A stretch of 64,000 bases of DNA, taken from contig JAUPSS010000010.1 of the NCBI GenBank assembly GCA_040285825.1, positions 434,001 through 498,000 of the forward strand. Reading direction: 5' to 3'. Every line of letters begins with the position of its first letter. The first letter of the stretch is position 1. A program made the translations under genes and the position numbers. Positions 13,301-26,472 of the stretch are shown here, piece by piece. The notes below the pieces were generated by a model that was not told where the DNA came from, searched no databases, and saw nothing but the letters and a program-made list of their open reading frames with translations. The DNA is from Eukaryota sp. TZLM1-RC (lineage: Eukaryota > Protista > Metamonada: BaSk clade).

Positions 13301-13544
13301 AAAATGGGGCAACTCGGCCAGGATTACTGATGGGGACCTCAATAATTACTGTGGGGTTCGCTAGCATCAATAGATCCTTGTATGAACAGAAACTACGAAA
13401 CAGAGCTTTATAACAAGAAACGGGAATAATCAGATAAGAATAATTCTTTGTCAAGATCAACTGGGAATGACGTGATATCACGTAATACTGTAACTAATAA
13501 ACTGAATACTAATAAAATCTATTTTAATTGGCTCTAAGCCTACA
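10330..13544 (-). mobile_element. Degenerate gypsy-type LTR element, family D (putative 5' LTR 13350-13544, gag, protease, RT N-terminal part)
   Basis: Knuckle CFYCKNPGHFAGDC at about 12306-12347, protease MIDTGASVFCIS (11158-11511), RT similar to family B (10492-11049, then DLPKAFWQL). LTR termini TGTAGG...CCCACA. Only one LTR is seen. Confidence 0.75.
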
Positions 13545-14109
13545 ATTCTTGCTAAAGAATTTATAAGCTTCTGACTGTTTGACCGAATGGAAAACCTCTG
13601 TTTTCCATAATTCAAAAATGAAGTTTTGAGGCATCCATAAAGCATTTACTTCTAAACGTTAGCCCTATCACTTTGCGTGCAGACCCCTTGATGAATACAC
13701 ACCTAATTGACTGATCAATGATTTCCATTGGTAACTGGCATGGATTCTTGGATTCTTACTGCTATAATGTCCCTGTGATAACAGATGGCTTTTACTCTGA
13801 ATCATTTTCATAGATTCACTTTTTGCATTTTAATTCATTGTAATTGAAAAATATATGCAGCTCGGCTGTTTTAAATCAAGATCTTCACTCATTGTTATTG
13901 GAAAAGGGTGTTTGTGAAAATAAGTCATCAGATTCTTCACTTTTTGTAACCATTGTACCACGAAGATTTGGATTGTGTGCCACTAATGAAGCATTTGTAA
14001 CAAAAATGAAATTATATTTGAATACCCCCATTAATCAATTATTATCAAAAAAAATGTATTTGTTCCAATTCACCTCAACTCACTTTGCGCCATGCTCTGA
14101 ATTGTTCTA

Positions 14110-14745
14110 AATTGATAACTTATCGTTCTTTATTACATGATGCTGTTAGGAACACTGTTTTCAATATGGCACAAACTGCAAGAATATTGTGTATCAAAGA
14201 GCCTCTGCTGAAGGAAACACTTTCTCTAACTATTTTTGGTTCTGATGATAGAGGTGATGTATACTGTGATTGGATTGATAATTCTGAAGCTATTGTTGAC
14301 TTTGTCTCATGTAATGTTGCAAATGACACTTTGGTTCACAAAAGGAAACTTAATCCTGTAAATGCTCTTGAATTTAAAGCAAAAGAAAAACATAGAAAAT
14401 ATGACAAAGATATCGAAGAAGCTAATGCTGGTAGAAATACACAGCTGGTTTTTATTGCTTTCCTATTTTCGATAAACGGAAGATTATCAGTAGAAGCAGA
14501 AACTTTTTTGAATGACTTCCAAAAAATGGTTCAAGAAAAAACAATGAAAAGATTTAATATTTTTTTATAGCGCTTTCAGATTCAATTTGCCATTATTAAT
14601 AGATTACCTCGGTTTTTCAATCGAATAAGAGAAGTTTTAGCTAGACAGCAAGCAGATCAAGATTTTGTGGAGAAAATCTTGGTTCGATGATAGTCGTCCC
14701 ATTAGTTATGAATTAATTTAATCAAGTGTGCATGTTCAATAAATA
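14110..14745 (+). mobile_element. 5'-truncated RLE-type non-LTR retrotransposon
   Basis: LHDAVR, RGDVYC...VDFVS and KAKEKHRKYD restriction-like endonuclease motifs, a premature stop at 14568-14570, and a 3' end at AATAAA. Confidence 0.8.
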
Positions 14746-14943
14746 TATAATTGTAATTAGACATATTTGTTCCATAAAGGTATAAAAGTTACTCAAGATA
14801 TACTTTTCTAAAACAACTTTCTATCCAATACTGCTTTGAGCAAAACAAGTCAAAAACGATCATTTACTTAACCGTAACTACAAGACATATAGACTAACAA
14901 CAAGGAACTCAAAATGGCGAAATGATTAGTAAAACTACTTGAT

Positions 14944-15647
14944 CTAACCTCGCTCAATAACAGACCAGATTAAATCACCATCAATACTCTCATCAACACA
15001 GAGTCCATTCTCAGTCAAATGTGTAATAAATTCGTCCTTGTTTGGGTTATAACGATGCGTGCTGTTTACTAGCAAACACACATCCCCCTCTCTTAATAAA
15101 CTCGCAATGGTGGAGGCCAAAGACTGGGTCTCACCATGGTTATAAATGACATCAGAGCCGATCAAAACACGTCTCCTCCGAGGTTCCAACAGATTTCGAC
15201 GTAAAACTTGGGAAAACTCTTCTCGATGGTGGGGACAAGTCCAATTTAGCAGCTGTATGCTGACTTTGTCTTTGCTGATATGAGGGTTTAGTGCAAGGTT
15301 TGTTCTAATTCTGTCTAAAATATCGTCCTTATAGTCAGTTAAAAAGGTATGTTTAGCGAACATTGACGCAAATAGGCCAGGTATACCTGTACCCGAGCCG
15401 AGTTCCACAACAAAGCTATCGGTGAACCGATCAGTGTGTGAGGTGATATGATGGCACAATGCAGTGGCTCCAGGCCAAAGGATATGTCCTTCGGTTAGTG
15501 TGAAAAAAACTAACCTGTGAGACCATCAGTATGTGCATACATTTCGTGATAACATTCATATCGAATAGCGAAGGAATTGGAATACATTGTTCGTTGCTCT
15601 AAATCTCCATCGAAAAACATTGAGGATAAGTTATCATCGCTAAACAT
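14944..15647 (-). CDS. Methyltransf_16-family (METTL21/23-like) SAM-dependent protein methyltransferase; complement(join(14944..15488,15515..15647))
   Basis: A 26-nt intron GTTAGT...CACTAACCGAAG restores GLTGHILWPGA. Motifs VVELGSGTGIPG, LTDY, LNW and IGSDVIY are present. Confidence 0.85.
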
Positions 15648-15766
15648 GAGAAGGGTTACAGTCTGGACAATAAGAGTCTCTAAGATGGATAAGTTTGTGG
15701 GGTTTTAATGGTGAAAATATCTAACTGTGTTATAGATTACACTAAGAAACCTGCGATTTTTGAGCG

Positions 15767-15776
15767 ATCACGTGAT
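15767..15776. promoter_or_regulatory. Palindromic E-box-like ATCACGTGAT upstream of PFL (candidate)
   Basis: Perfect palindrome about 60 nt upstream of the PFL ATG in a 187-bp divergent intergenic region. Also present in the duplicate at 30131-30140, which is not independent evidence. Confidence 0.3.
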
Positions 15777-15834
15777 TAGCTCTTTAGAATCGGAAACTTG
15801 CCTTTTTCGGCATAATTTCAACTTCCATTTCTGA

Positions 15835-18075
15835 ATGATTGACGTTGCTGGTTTTATTGCTGAAAACATCAAGCCTTATGATGGTGATGCTTCCTTCTTG
15901 ACAGGTCCCACTGAGAACACCAAGAACCTCATGACCAAGACCTCCGGAGTGCTCAAAGAAGAACTCAAGAAGGGTATTCTCGATCTAGACACTGTTCGTC
16001 CATCTACTATCACCTCTCATGGTGCTGGCTATCTAGACAAGAACAAAGAAACGATCGTTGGTTTCCAGGGTGAAGCTCCTCTCCAAAGAACTATGAAATG
16101 TGCTGGAGGTGTCCGTATCACTGCCACTGCATGGTTTGTACCACAATATCACTCATTTTAGCGAATCCTATGGATATAAAATGGACCCCGAAACCCAGCG
16201 CATCTTCACTGAGTACGCCAAGACTCACAATGATGGTGTCTTTGACATTTACACCTCCGAAATGAGAACTGCTAGAAAGTCTGGTATTATCACTGGTCTC
16301 CCTGATGGATATGGCCGTGGTCGTATCATTGGTGACTATCGCCGACTTGCTCTTTACGGAGCTGACCGACTGATCCAGGAAAAGCAGACCGACAAGGCGA
16401 ACCTCCCCAAAACTATGCTCGAAGACACCATGCGTCTCCATGAAGAAGTGTCTGAACAAATAAAAGCCTTGAAGCAAATCAAGAAGCTGGGAGAAATCTA
16501 TGGCTTTGACTTGTCTCGTCCTGCTGAAAACTCTCAAGAAGCTATCCAATGGACCTATTTCGCTTACCTTGCTGCTATCAAACAACAAGATGGTGCCGCT
16601 ATGAGCTTTGGACGTCCAGATGCTTTCTTTGACATCTACATTGAACGTGATCTCGCTAGTGGTAAATTCACTGAACAACAAATTCAAGAATTCATTGACC
16701 ATTTCGTCATTAAACTTCGTCTTGTCCGTCATTTAAGAACTCCCGAATATAATGACCTCTTTGCCGGTGATCCTACCTGGGTAACCATTGTCTTGGGTGG
16801 CCTCAACGAAAGTGGCCAGCACATGGTTACAAAGACCTCTTATCGAATTCTACAGACACTTTACAATCTCGGACCTGCTCCAGAACCCAACATCACTATC
16901 CTCTGGTCGAAATCCCTACCACAAACCTTTAAAGATTTTTGCTCAACAGTTTCTATCGATACATCTTCAATCCAATATGAAAACGATGATCTTATGAGGC
17001 CTATTTTTGGTTCCGATTACGGTATTGCTTGCTGTGTCTCTGCTATGCGTCTTGTATGTTTTTTTAATATCATTAATCCAAGGGAAAACAAAAACAATTC
17101 TTTGGTGCAAGATGTAATCTTGCCAAATTACTACTCTACTCTCTTAACAATGGCGTTGATGAAGTTTCTCGTCAACCAGTAGGGCCTCAGTTCGGCGGTG
17201 CTGCTGGTGAAGATGCTCTTGAATACAGCGAGGTTTGGGAACGCTTCCTGAAGTACATGGACTGGCTAACTGAACTCTACGTTAATACTATGAATGCCAT
17301 TCATTACTCCCATGATAAGTACTCTTATGAGTCGTCAATGATGGCACTTCATGATACCAATGTGGAACGCCTAATGGCTTTCGGTATCGCTGGTCTTTCT
17401 CATGTTGCTGACTCTCTTTCTGCCATCAAGTATGCCAAGGTTTATCCATTGAGAGACGAAACTGGCTTAATTACTGATTTTAAGATTGAAGGAAGCTTCC
17501 CTTGCTATGGAAATGATGATGATCGTGTTGATTCAATCACTGTTGATCTTTGTCACCAGTTCATTGAAAAGATTCGCAAGAACCCAACTTACCGCAATGC
17601 CACCCATACTCTCTCCATCCTCACCATTACTTCTAATGTGGTGTATGGTCGCAAGACTGGTAACACCCCTGATGGTCGTCGTAAAGGAGAAGCTTTTGCC
17701 CCTGGTGCCAATCCCTCTTCGCAAAAAGATAAATCTGGGGCTATCGCTTCTCTCAACTCTGTGGCCAAGATTCAATATGATGATTGTAGAGATGGTATTT
17801 CCAATACTTTTTCAATTCTACCTTCCGCTCTTGGAAAGTCTGAGTCGGAACAAGTTTCTAATTTGACTGCCATGATTGATGGTTATATTCAATCACATGG
17901 TTTCCATATCAATGTCAATTGTGTTCGGAGAGAAGTTTTGCTTGATGCCATGGATCACCCTGAAAAGTATCCTCAACTCACCATCAGAGTGTCGGGTTAT
18001 GCTGTTAACTTTACTAGGTTGACCAAGGCTCAACAAGGTGAAGTGATCGAAAGGACCTTCCATGGTCAAATGTAA
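15835..18075 (+). CDS. pflB: Pyruvate formate-lyase, 727 aa; join(15835..16133,16162..17053,17083..18075)
   Basis: [17 protein letters not shown], active-site ACCVS and glycyl radical loop [12 protein letters not shown] introns of 28 and 29 nt restore the frame. Confidence 0.95.
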
Positions 18076-18714
18076 ATAGAACTTTTGAAATAAATGTTTT
18101 TGTTTTATTGTAATTCTCATTAATGTTATTATACAAACAGATATGCCAATCATGACAATCAAATCTGGATGTTGCTTCTTCATGATCCATCGTTTTCTAA
18201 ACAGATATACATTCATCAACGTTTATCATATCAAAACTTTGTTTTTACCTACTTGTTTTGAGTCACTTTAAACTGAACATCACCTCCATTGTGTTGGTGT
18301 ATTTTAGAAATGAATACTGTATAATCAACCTGGCATCAATGTTTAATGCAATAGCCTAAAGTATTTGGATATTCAAGCAAATTACCAGATTTTAATTTTG
18401 TGGAGATTGACACATAGAGGTGATGTCATGACTGATTTGCGGAATAGTACAAAATTGTATCTCGGTGATGAACACGATTCATTTTTCATAGCCTTCAAAC
18501 AATGTGATCTATTTAGTTTTAATCTATGTGAGTTAACCTTTATTTGTTTCGCTCATCAACTGGACGGAAAGACTACTCTACTCATGATAAATTAGTGGTT
18601 TTGTGTGCAGTGTATGTCCTATAGACCTTGCAAAAATAGCCTTAGACCATCATAGAATAGCACGGTCACAGTGAACAAAATCAATGTTTCTTGGCTCCGT
18701 CCATAGTGTACAGC

Positions 18715-18838
18715 TGATGCTGTTTGTGTCATGTGAAACAATAAAACGGGATAAAGAATATTTATTTAAATTTCACTGGCCCTTATAAAGGCCATCACTA
18801 GTGAAGTCTATATTAGACTAATTGTCAACAGTACAACA
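18715..18838 (-). repeat. 3' LTR, family B
   Basis: Direct repeat of 26455-26578, TG...CA termini, preceded by the PPT. Confidence 0.95.
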
Positions 18839-21800
18839 CTACCTTTTCCCTCTCTTAGATCTCGTGCGAGAGCTATAAGAACTAACTGCAGGGGAATTAG
18901 TCTTAGATTTAGAATTGGAATTCATTTTCCGTTTCCTGGTAGTGTGAGGACCAAGGGTACGCAAATATGATTGGTATGCCTCAGTGCTTTTGACGTCAGC
19001 AACTGGGAGAGACGATGTCTCGCCGCCATACCAAACTGCGGTGCAATAAGGAATTTTATTATCATTCGAGTCTACAAAATCGAATTGATCTATAATCTTT
19101 ATGATTACAGATTTTTCGATATCACCGGCAGCAATGTTTTTATGCCAATCTATATCTTCTTTAGGGAAGTCAGAGAGGTATAGTTTACAATGATTAATAC
19201 TTGCCGTAGACATCGAACCAGTGACAAAATTCTTGAGTAATAAACTTTTATTGGATTTAACTTCTTCAACGAGAAAAGGGCCAGCGAAGCAACCATGGAG
19301 TTTATCATTAGTCTTTAATCGCAAAACTAAGTCACCTTTATTAAAATGGTTCCTATGTTTGTTAACTTCAAACAGTTGATGAGCTTGCCTGAGCTCTGCC
19401 TCTTCTCTCTTCTTTGAAATCCTTTCAAATTTTGCTTCAAGATCTTTAACAAAGGGAATATTAACATTAGCTGATTTTATTAGTTCAAACATATTACTAG
19501 GATCAGCTCTAGGGCTGTGGTCGCTACCAAACATTAAATTTTAGGGCGAATGACCAGCAATTCTACTAATAGTTGAATTGATTTGAAGTTGTACAATTGG
19601 GATATATTCACTCCAATTGCTATAATCACCAGAGTCCACCAAAATCTTTTTTAGACTTTGTGAAATGTCTCTGTGTCGTCTTTCTACTGAACCATTGCTT
19701 TGTGAAAAGCCAGTTAGTAAACGACTTACTTCAATATTTAATAAATCGCATAACCCTTTTAAGATGGCATTTGCAAATTCAATACCATTGTCACTATGAA
19801 TTAACAGTGGGATACCAAAAATTGATATTACACTTCATAGGAGGTGATTGGTTCCTCCACTGCATTCAATTGCTTTACATTGCAAATGATCGTATACCTA
19901 GTGAACGAATCTACAAAAACTTTCAAATACTTGTGTTGTTGTTGCACTCAAATTGAATTAGTAGGTTTCTTTGTATTTCGACTGATGACGTGATACTCAT
20001 TTATGAATCAGTTTTATTAATAAACAACAGATTTCTCTCTCTCCTTCGTGTGTTCATCTGCCTAACGGCATCAATAATTATTGGCCCTTCTTATTTCAGA
20101 TGACTGTTCCTTCTGTCAACCTCCCGTCTCTTTCTTCCATGAAAGTTGAAAGTGTTCTCTTGTTCCTACAAGAGTGGAAGATCTATTCTTCTGTGACTTC
20201 TAAGAAAGAGCTTGTTCCAGCAAGACTCTTGGTCGATTCTTTTCTGTTAGAGTCCCTATCTCTCCAGAAATCCGACGTCTCTTCCAGTGACGATGTTCTT
20301 CTTAGACATCTTCAATCTGTCGTATCGTTCGCCACGTACGAAGATTTTAGTCTGGCTATGTCAGAACTGAAGCTTGATGTCCGTATTGGTGACGTCCGAG
20401 AACGTATGTCCTGTTACCTGCGACGTTTCCTCCAGGTAAAGAGTAGGGCTTCCGGACTGAAGTTACCAGACACAGCTTTTCTGAATCGATTTGCCAGAGG
20501 AATTCTTCCCGTAGGTCTTCAACGTTCTCTACTAGCGAGAATTCGAGATGATGTATTCCCAGATCTTCACTCTCTTGTCGAAACCACTACTGATGAGCTG
20601 TTGGACTGCTCTAGGGTTGCTTCATGGACTCGTGGTTTCAAAACCTCAGTGAATGATGTGGAACGTACGGCTGGCACTAAAACGAGGTCCTCTTGGCGCT
20701 CTCAGGATTTAAAAAATCAATCGTGATTCAAGTGCCACAAGCCTGGACACATCTCCCGCGATTGTCCATCTAAAATCAAACATGAGGTAAATTATTTGTG
20801 TCACACAAACGATGCACCAAAGAGTTTAACAAACCCCATATCTTCCCTCTATTGAGCCAGTACTGTATTTGTCCTCAGAAAAATGGGAAAAAGTAGTGTT
20901 GTTGTTGCACTCAAATTGAATTAGTAGGTTTCTTTGTATTTCGACTGATGACGTGATACTCATTTATGAATCAGTTTTATTAATAAACAACAGATTTCTC
21001 TCTCTCCTTCGTGTGTTCATCTGCCTAACGGCATCACTTGAATCCATTATCATCTTGTGGTAATGGTCCAATAGTGTCTGCATTTATTCGTGCAAAAGGT
21101 CGATCAGCCCAAAGAGAGCCAGATGATTCAATGACATTTTTAGGCACATGTGCCGTCTTTTGACATGCTGGGCATCTCTTAATATGATTAATCATGTCTT
21201 TGCGCATGTTTGGGCAAAAGTAATCACTATTGAGTAATTTCTTTACGCTAGTCGTCACACTAGGATGGCCAACATTTGCATGTCCATGAATGATAGTTAA
21301 AGTCTGCTTTTTTAAACTATCTGGGATAACAATCTTCCCACGATTGTTGGTATACAATTGAATATCTGAATTATATTTGTAATCTTTATAATCATCAGGG
21401 TTTGAATCAACATCTCTAAGTTGTTCTTGCCTAATCTTTGAGATCCAAGTGTCAAATAATTCAAATTTAGTATCCTCAACTGCTTCTTTTAATGCAGATA
21501 AGCTATTAATCGTGGGTAGCTCAATTGCGGACGGTTGAGTAACATCATCCCTTAACAAATTAACTCTAGTTAATAAATTTAAATAGGGTCATTTCTCTTT
21601 AACTCTGTGAGGTGCGAAGTTTCTCACTTGTTGGACTCGAGGGGTTTTGGGTTTGGTATCAACCAATCTAGACAACATGTCTGCCCAATAATTCTCCTCA
21701 CCTGCAGTGTGAACTACATCAAAATTGAATTCGGACAATATTGGTAGCCACCTCTTTACAATTCTGTTCTTTTCAAAAGCTGACATAAGCTATGCTAAGT

Positions 21801-24800
21801 TTCTATGATCAGTGAATATAGTCAATTTCCTCGAAATTAAATAATTTTCTAAACTACTGTCAGTGAAAATTAATAAAATTGCATACAACTCTTTTTGAAG
21901 TACAGACCAATTCTTTTGTGAAGTTGATAATAATCTGCTAACGAAGGCAATAGGTACAACCTTTCTCTTAATTAGCGGTGTCGTAGGATCTTTAGGATGG
22001 TTAGCTTCTTGCCATATTACTCCACCTACAGCCACATCAGACGCGTCAGCACTTATTCAAATATGCTTGTCTTCTGAGGGCCATTCAAGAGGGATATTTA
22101 TTTTAATAAGATCTAAAATCTTATCAAAAATTTCGTCATGATCAGAAGCCCACTTGATTTTTGACGGTTTGTTTCTGGTTAATTTGTTGATTGGTTCTAT
22201 CAAATCAGACAAATTTGGCAACCAGTCACGTATATAATTGATCGAACCTATAAAACTCCTAACTTCAGGTAATGTCCTGGGTTTGGGTAGGTTGATCAGT
22301 CCCTCGATCCTAGATTCATCTATTTAACGGGTTTTGTTTACAAAAATACTACCTAGAATTTTTATTTCATGTTGCAAGTGATAAAGCTACACTTGGGTAG
22401 GCCCAGGTTAACTCTAAAACGTTTGGCGCGTTCTAGGACAGTACCTACTCTTGATAGAAATTCATCCAAGGTTGAAGCTACTATTATAATATCATCGATA
22501 TATATAAATGCACCTTCGGAATCAAATATTTCCATCATCATGTTTTGGAAGACTGCAAGAACGTTTTTCAAACCAATATTGGCTCTTTTAAAACTGATCG
22601 ACATCCCGGAAATTGATACGGTAGTTTTATCAATATCATCTTCTGCAATTTTGAGCTGCCAAAATGCCTTAAGTAGATCTAAAGTTGCTATATAATTAGC
22701 TTTACTTAGAAACTCTAAAATGTCGCTAATCCTGGGCAAATTTGCCTCTACAGGTTGAGTTAAATCATTTACTCCACCTATACCACTAAAATCGCCAGTT
22801 AATCGTGGTTTCCTGTGATCAGGGCAAATCACAAGACAGATGGAATTACTGAATTGAGACTTTGCGGGCACAGCAAATTCATTACGGATCAATTCGTTAA
22901 AACTATTCTCGGCTACCCGTTGTTTTTCTGGTTTCAATCTTCGAGTTTTCCTTTTGACTACCTTACCTTCGTCATAAAATGGAATGGTCATCGGCTGACA
23001 ATCAATTCCATCCGGGTGAGGTAGCCCACTAAATGCATTTCTGTATTTTTCGAGTAGCACGACTAGGCATTTCTCGTCCCTTATGTCATCCAGGCATATT
23101 CTACAGCCCAACTCATCTAAATTATGTCTGAATGTGGAGTGCCCAAAATCATTATCTAAGTCTGATTTATTACTCAATTGTTCAATAAATCTAATTGGTT
23201 AACAAATTCTATTATCAAAATCACATTCAGCATTTAAAATGGTACGATGTTCGCGATCCAAATTAATATTGAAACCGTGCTCCGTGCGTAGCCCCAAGGT
23301 TTGTAATAAGTCTCTTCCGATCAGAAAAATATTGGTACCAGGAATGATTTGGAATTCGATCCTTAAAAACACTTGAGTGGCCAAGCTATTCACATTTAGA
23401 ACAACAACACCACTTGCATATCCCAGGGTCGTGGAGCGAATACCATTTGCCGATAGGTATTCGACGGTCTTATTGTCATTAACCGTCATATTACATTTAG
23501 AGGCTAAATCCATTGATAATGCTGAAAAAGCAGCTCCATTATCAATTTTGTTCTGTACTTCCACGTTATTTATAGTGCAAGACAACCAGAGTTCCCCGTT
23601 AGAACTTTCTTGGTTATCCGCTACCCTGGACAGTCTAACACTGTGGATAGAACCCACAGGATTGGATAACTCTCTAAATTTTTTCAATGGATTTAGGTAT
23701 TTATGATTCGAATCAATTTTGCTCATTTTGTAAATAATGTTGGTCGAATTATATGTAAGGTTTGAAGATGAATATTCATCTGATTTATTACTACTACTGC
23801 GTTTTCTATCACGTTTCTCGCCTCCCTGACGCTTTTTAGAACCCGGTCTTCCCACTATTTTGAAACATTTCTCTTCAGGATGTTCATTGGTTTTGCATAA
23901 GCTACACCATTGCTCTGAAGGGTTGGATCGACTATTTTTTCTAGGGTTCTTGAAAGGACCTTTCGACTGGCTTCGTCCTTTTTGTGCAGGAGCGTGACTA
24001 CCGAAAGCTGTTTTATTCAAGTTAATGTCTTTGATTGAGGATTCAAGGCTATTGACCTTGTTGACAAATGCGTTACCTAAATCGTAAATCGCATCACCCA
24101 GTTTCTTATTACTAGAATTAAACTTGTCAATCCAAATGATATATGTATCCATCAATTGGTTGTTCGTTTTATCGTTAATGGTCTCAAGAAATTTCTTGGC
24201 TGGGTAGACAACTGACGGATTACCATCCGTTCCGGGCATAATTGTAGAGCGTCTAATTATATAGATAATCTGCTCTATGAAAGCTGTCCATGAAGATTCA
24301 GCGCTCATTCTGCGACTGATTTCGGGTGGTCTTACAGACCTCAAAGCTCTTTCAACATCGGTTGGGTAATTGTACTGGGTGCTAATAAGCAAATATTCCC
24401 AGATCTCGGCATCAGATGAGTTGTTGCCTAACACATTTGTTCGGCCTCCATAAAAACTTTGCCATTCTGCGATAACCTTACCCTCGATCATAAATCTCAA
24501 ATATAAAGGGTCTACTTCGAAAAACATTGATCTAACGAAGTCGTACTGATGAACAGGTTGACCATATTTGGAGATCGGTGTAAATGCTCTGGTAAGTCCA
24601 TCGCGATTTCTAACCGTTTTTGCCCAATTGCCAAAGTTAAGTACGAAGTCGAAGATCTTCTTTGCGTCAAACGCTTCGTTTAACTTAACTAGACATCTAA
24701 GTTTGTCGTCTATTCTTTTCCTCAATTTCTCCTCGTCTGTTACTGGTGTTTTGTAAAGACCGAGGGTGTCGACAAAAGAATCTCTAGGAACATTCGTTCC

Positions 24801-26472
24801 TAGGGGTTGCGTAGGTATAGATGGATTGTCAACAGATGCTTGTGTAGGAGTTACTTCACAAGAAGCTCTCCTAAATGCCAAAAATCCTACAGAGATTGTA
24901 CTATATATATTCATATTCCTCTCTTCTGAAGGCAATGTTTCGCTCAACTTTATAATGAATTTTGTCTTAGGAGGTTCCTCCTGCACCGGTATAGTTTGAG
25001 CTGGTGGCCTTAGATCCACCCAATTTGGTGCATCTTTAGATCCTCTAGTGACTCCTGTTAATTTATGATCATATGGAAGGCAACTGCTCTTTATTAAGAC
25101 ATTTTTAAAAACATTTTGGTTTGGCCAGCTATCAACCCATGCCTTAGGTTTTGCCATCCATGTATTGGGATAAATTAATTTTAACTTGTTAGGGCCAACA
25201 CGTTGCTCTTTCAATTCAATTACCATGGTGCCTAGTTCTCTAACGTAGGATTCTTTGGCATGAAATTGAAGGGTGTCGCCTCGAGATTCATCGAATCTGC
25301 CCCCAAGCATAAGTAAGATGTCCGCAATGGAATCTTTTGGGTGAACGTTCTCCACTAGGAAATGCCTTACGACGCATCTAAGGTTCCTACCCTGTTGATT
25401 ATGAGCATACATTTTAGCTATCCAAAATAACCTGTTGTAAGCTTCTTGATTCCCACTAGAATATATTTTGTGGTCATTAATCGCATCCCTATGCCATTTG
25501 GCAGGCCTGAAAGTAGCAGCTTGATACTTTAAACGAGGAGCGCTAAAATAGCAATTCTCGACTGATTCATCCCACACAAGACTGTCGAATCAGTTAGATC
25601 ATCCAATTTCTTTAAAAGATTAGGACTTTGATCGTAACTTTCGTAGACGAAAACGTCAAGTGTTTTGCCGTGGGCTTCCCCAAAGAGGAAGGGCCAGCGT
25701 TTAGCTAAATAATCGCGTCTGGCCTTCTCACTTTCGGCTGGATCCACGTCTCTTGAAAGACGTTTTGCCTCATCCTCAGCCATTTTTAGTAACTTATCGT
25801 CACTCCAATCCATTACATCCTCGGGGGGATTGGCGATGAGGTCCAATAGGAAATCCCTAATTACTGCCTCAACTGCCATTGCTAGTTTTCCTCGGTAAAG
25901 ACCTTGAGAAGTCTTTTCCGCAGAAGAAAAACCTGTAGTTGGATTAGAAGGGTTGGGTGTATGAGGAAGTTCATCATCACTTTCGTCCCCTCTTCTGCTG
26001 TTGTCCAAATTATGTGTTTCTTTGGAATCACTTTGGGGTACCTCACTTGAGATGGTGTCAGAAGGGGTGAGGAGGGAGTTTTGTGTGAAGAACCAGTCGT
26101 GGACTGTTGCTCGTCTTCACCTCCTTCACCTTCTGTACAAACGTTAGAATTGTTAGTGATTGCTAACGCTTTGTATTTCCGTTGCTCGCTTGGAGTATGA
26201 AAACTCTTCCTACAAGGAAGGAGCTCCGAGAAGTTGACCGTATAAGTGTACAGTTCTGTAACATCATCAACGAGGTTACCACTCTCCTTATTGAGGAGGT
26301 AACTTCCTTTCTGAAAGGCAAGGCTCTTCACAGCGGGAAGTTCACTCTCCTGAGGAGGATTGCTCTTTTCATCAGAAGAACTCTCCTTGTGAGGAGGATT
26401 ACTCTCCTTAACAGGAGGATTGTTTACACCATGGCCGCTCAAGCCATTAATTAATGATGCTGTTTGTGTCAT
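18839..26472 (-). pseudogene. Family B gag-pol polyprotein, broken by stops, frameshifts and a family C insertion
   Basis: ORF pieces 25882-26481, 25529-26008, 23199-25577 (gag+PR), 22362-23177 (RT), 21589-22035 (RNase H), 21034-21558 (IN zinc-binding region) and 18839-19534 (IN C-terminus). Confidence 0.9.
19934..21036 (+). mobile_element. Family C 1.1-kb gag-only non-autonomous LTR element nested in the family B integrase
   Basis: Identical 140-bp LTRs 19934-20073 and 20897-21036, 4-bp TSD CTTG, PPT AAAATGGGAAAAAGTAG, gag ORF 20100-20726 followed by knuckle (TGA)FKCHKPGHISRDC. Confidence 0.95.

Noticed and set aside
16118-16732. Antisense ORFs over PFL (also 29221-29790, 17533-17775)
   Set aside because: Shadows of a codon-biased real gene, with no motifs.
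16134-17082. Apparent frameshifts in PFL, carbamate kinase and Arf as programmed frameshifting or pseudogenes
   Set aside because: Each is resolved exactly by a 28-31 nt intron.
20724-20726. TGA recoding to Cys or an alternative genetic code
   Set aside because: TGA, TAA and TAG all terminate host-gene reading frames here (e.g. TGA in the importin-alpha-like gene), so a point mutation is simpler.
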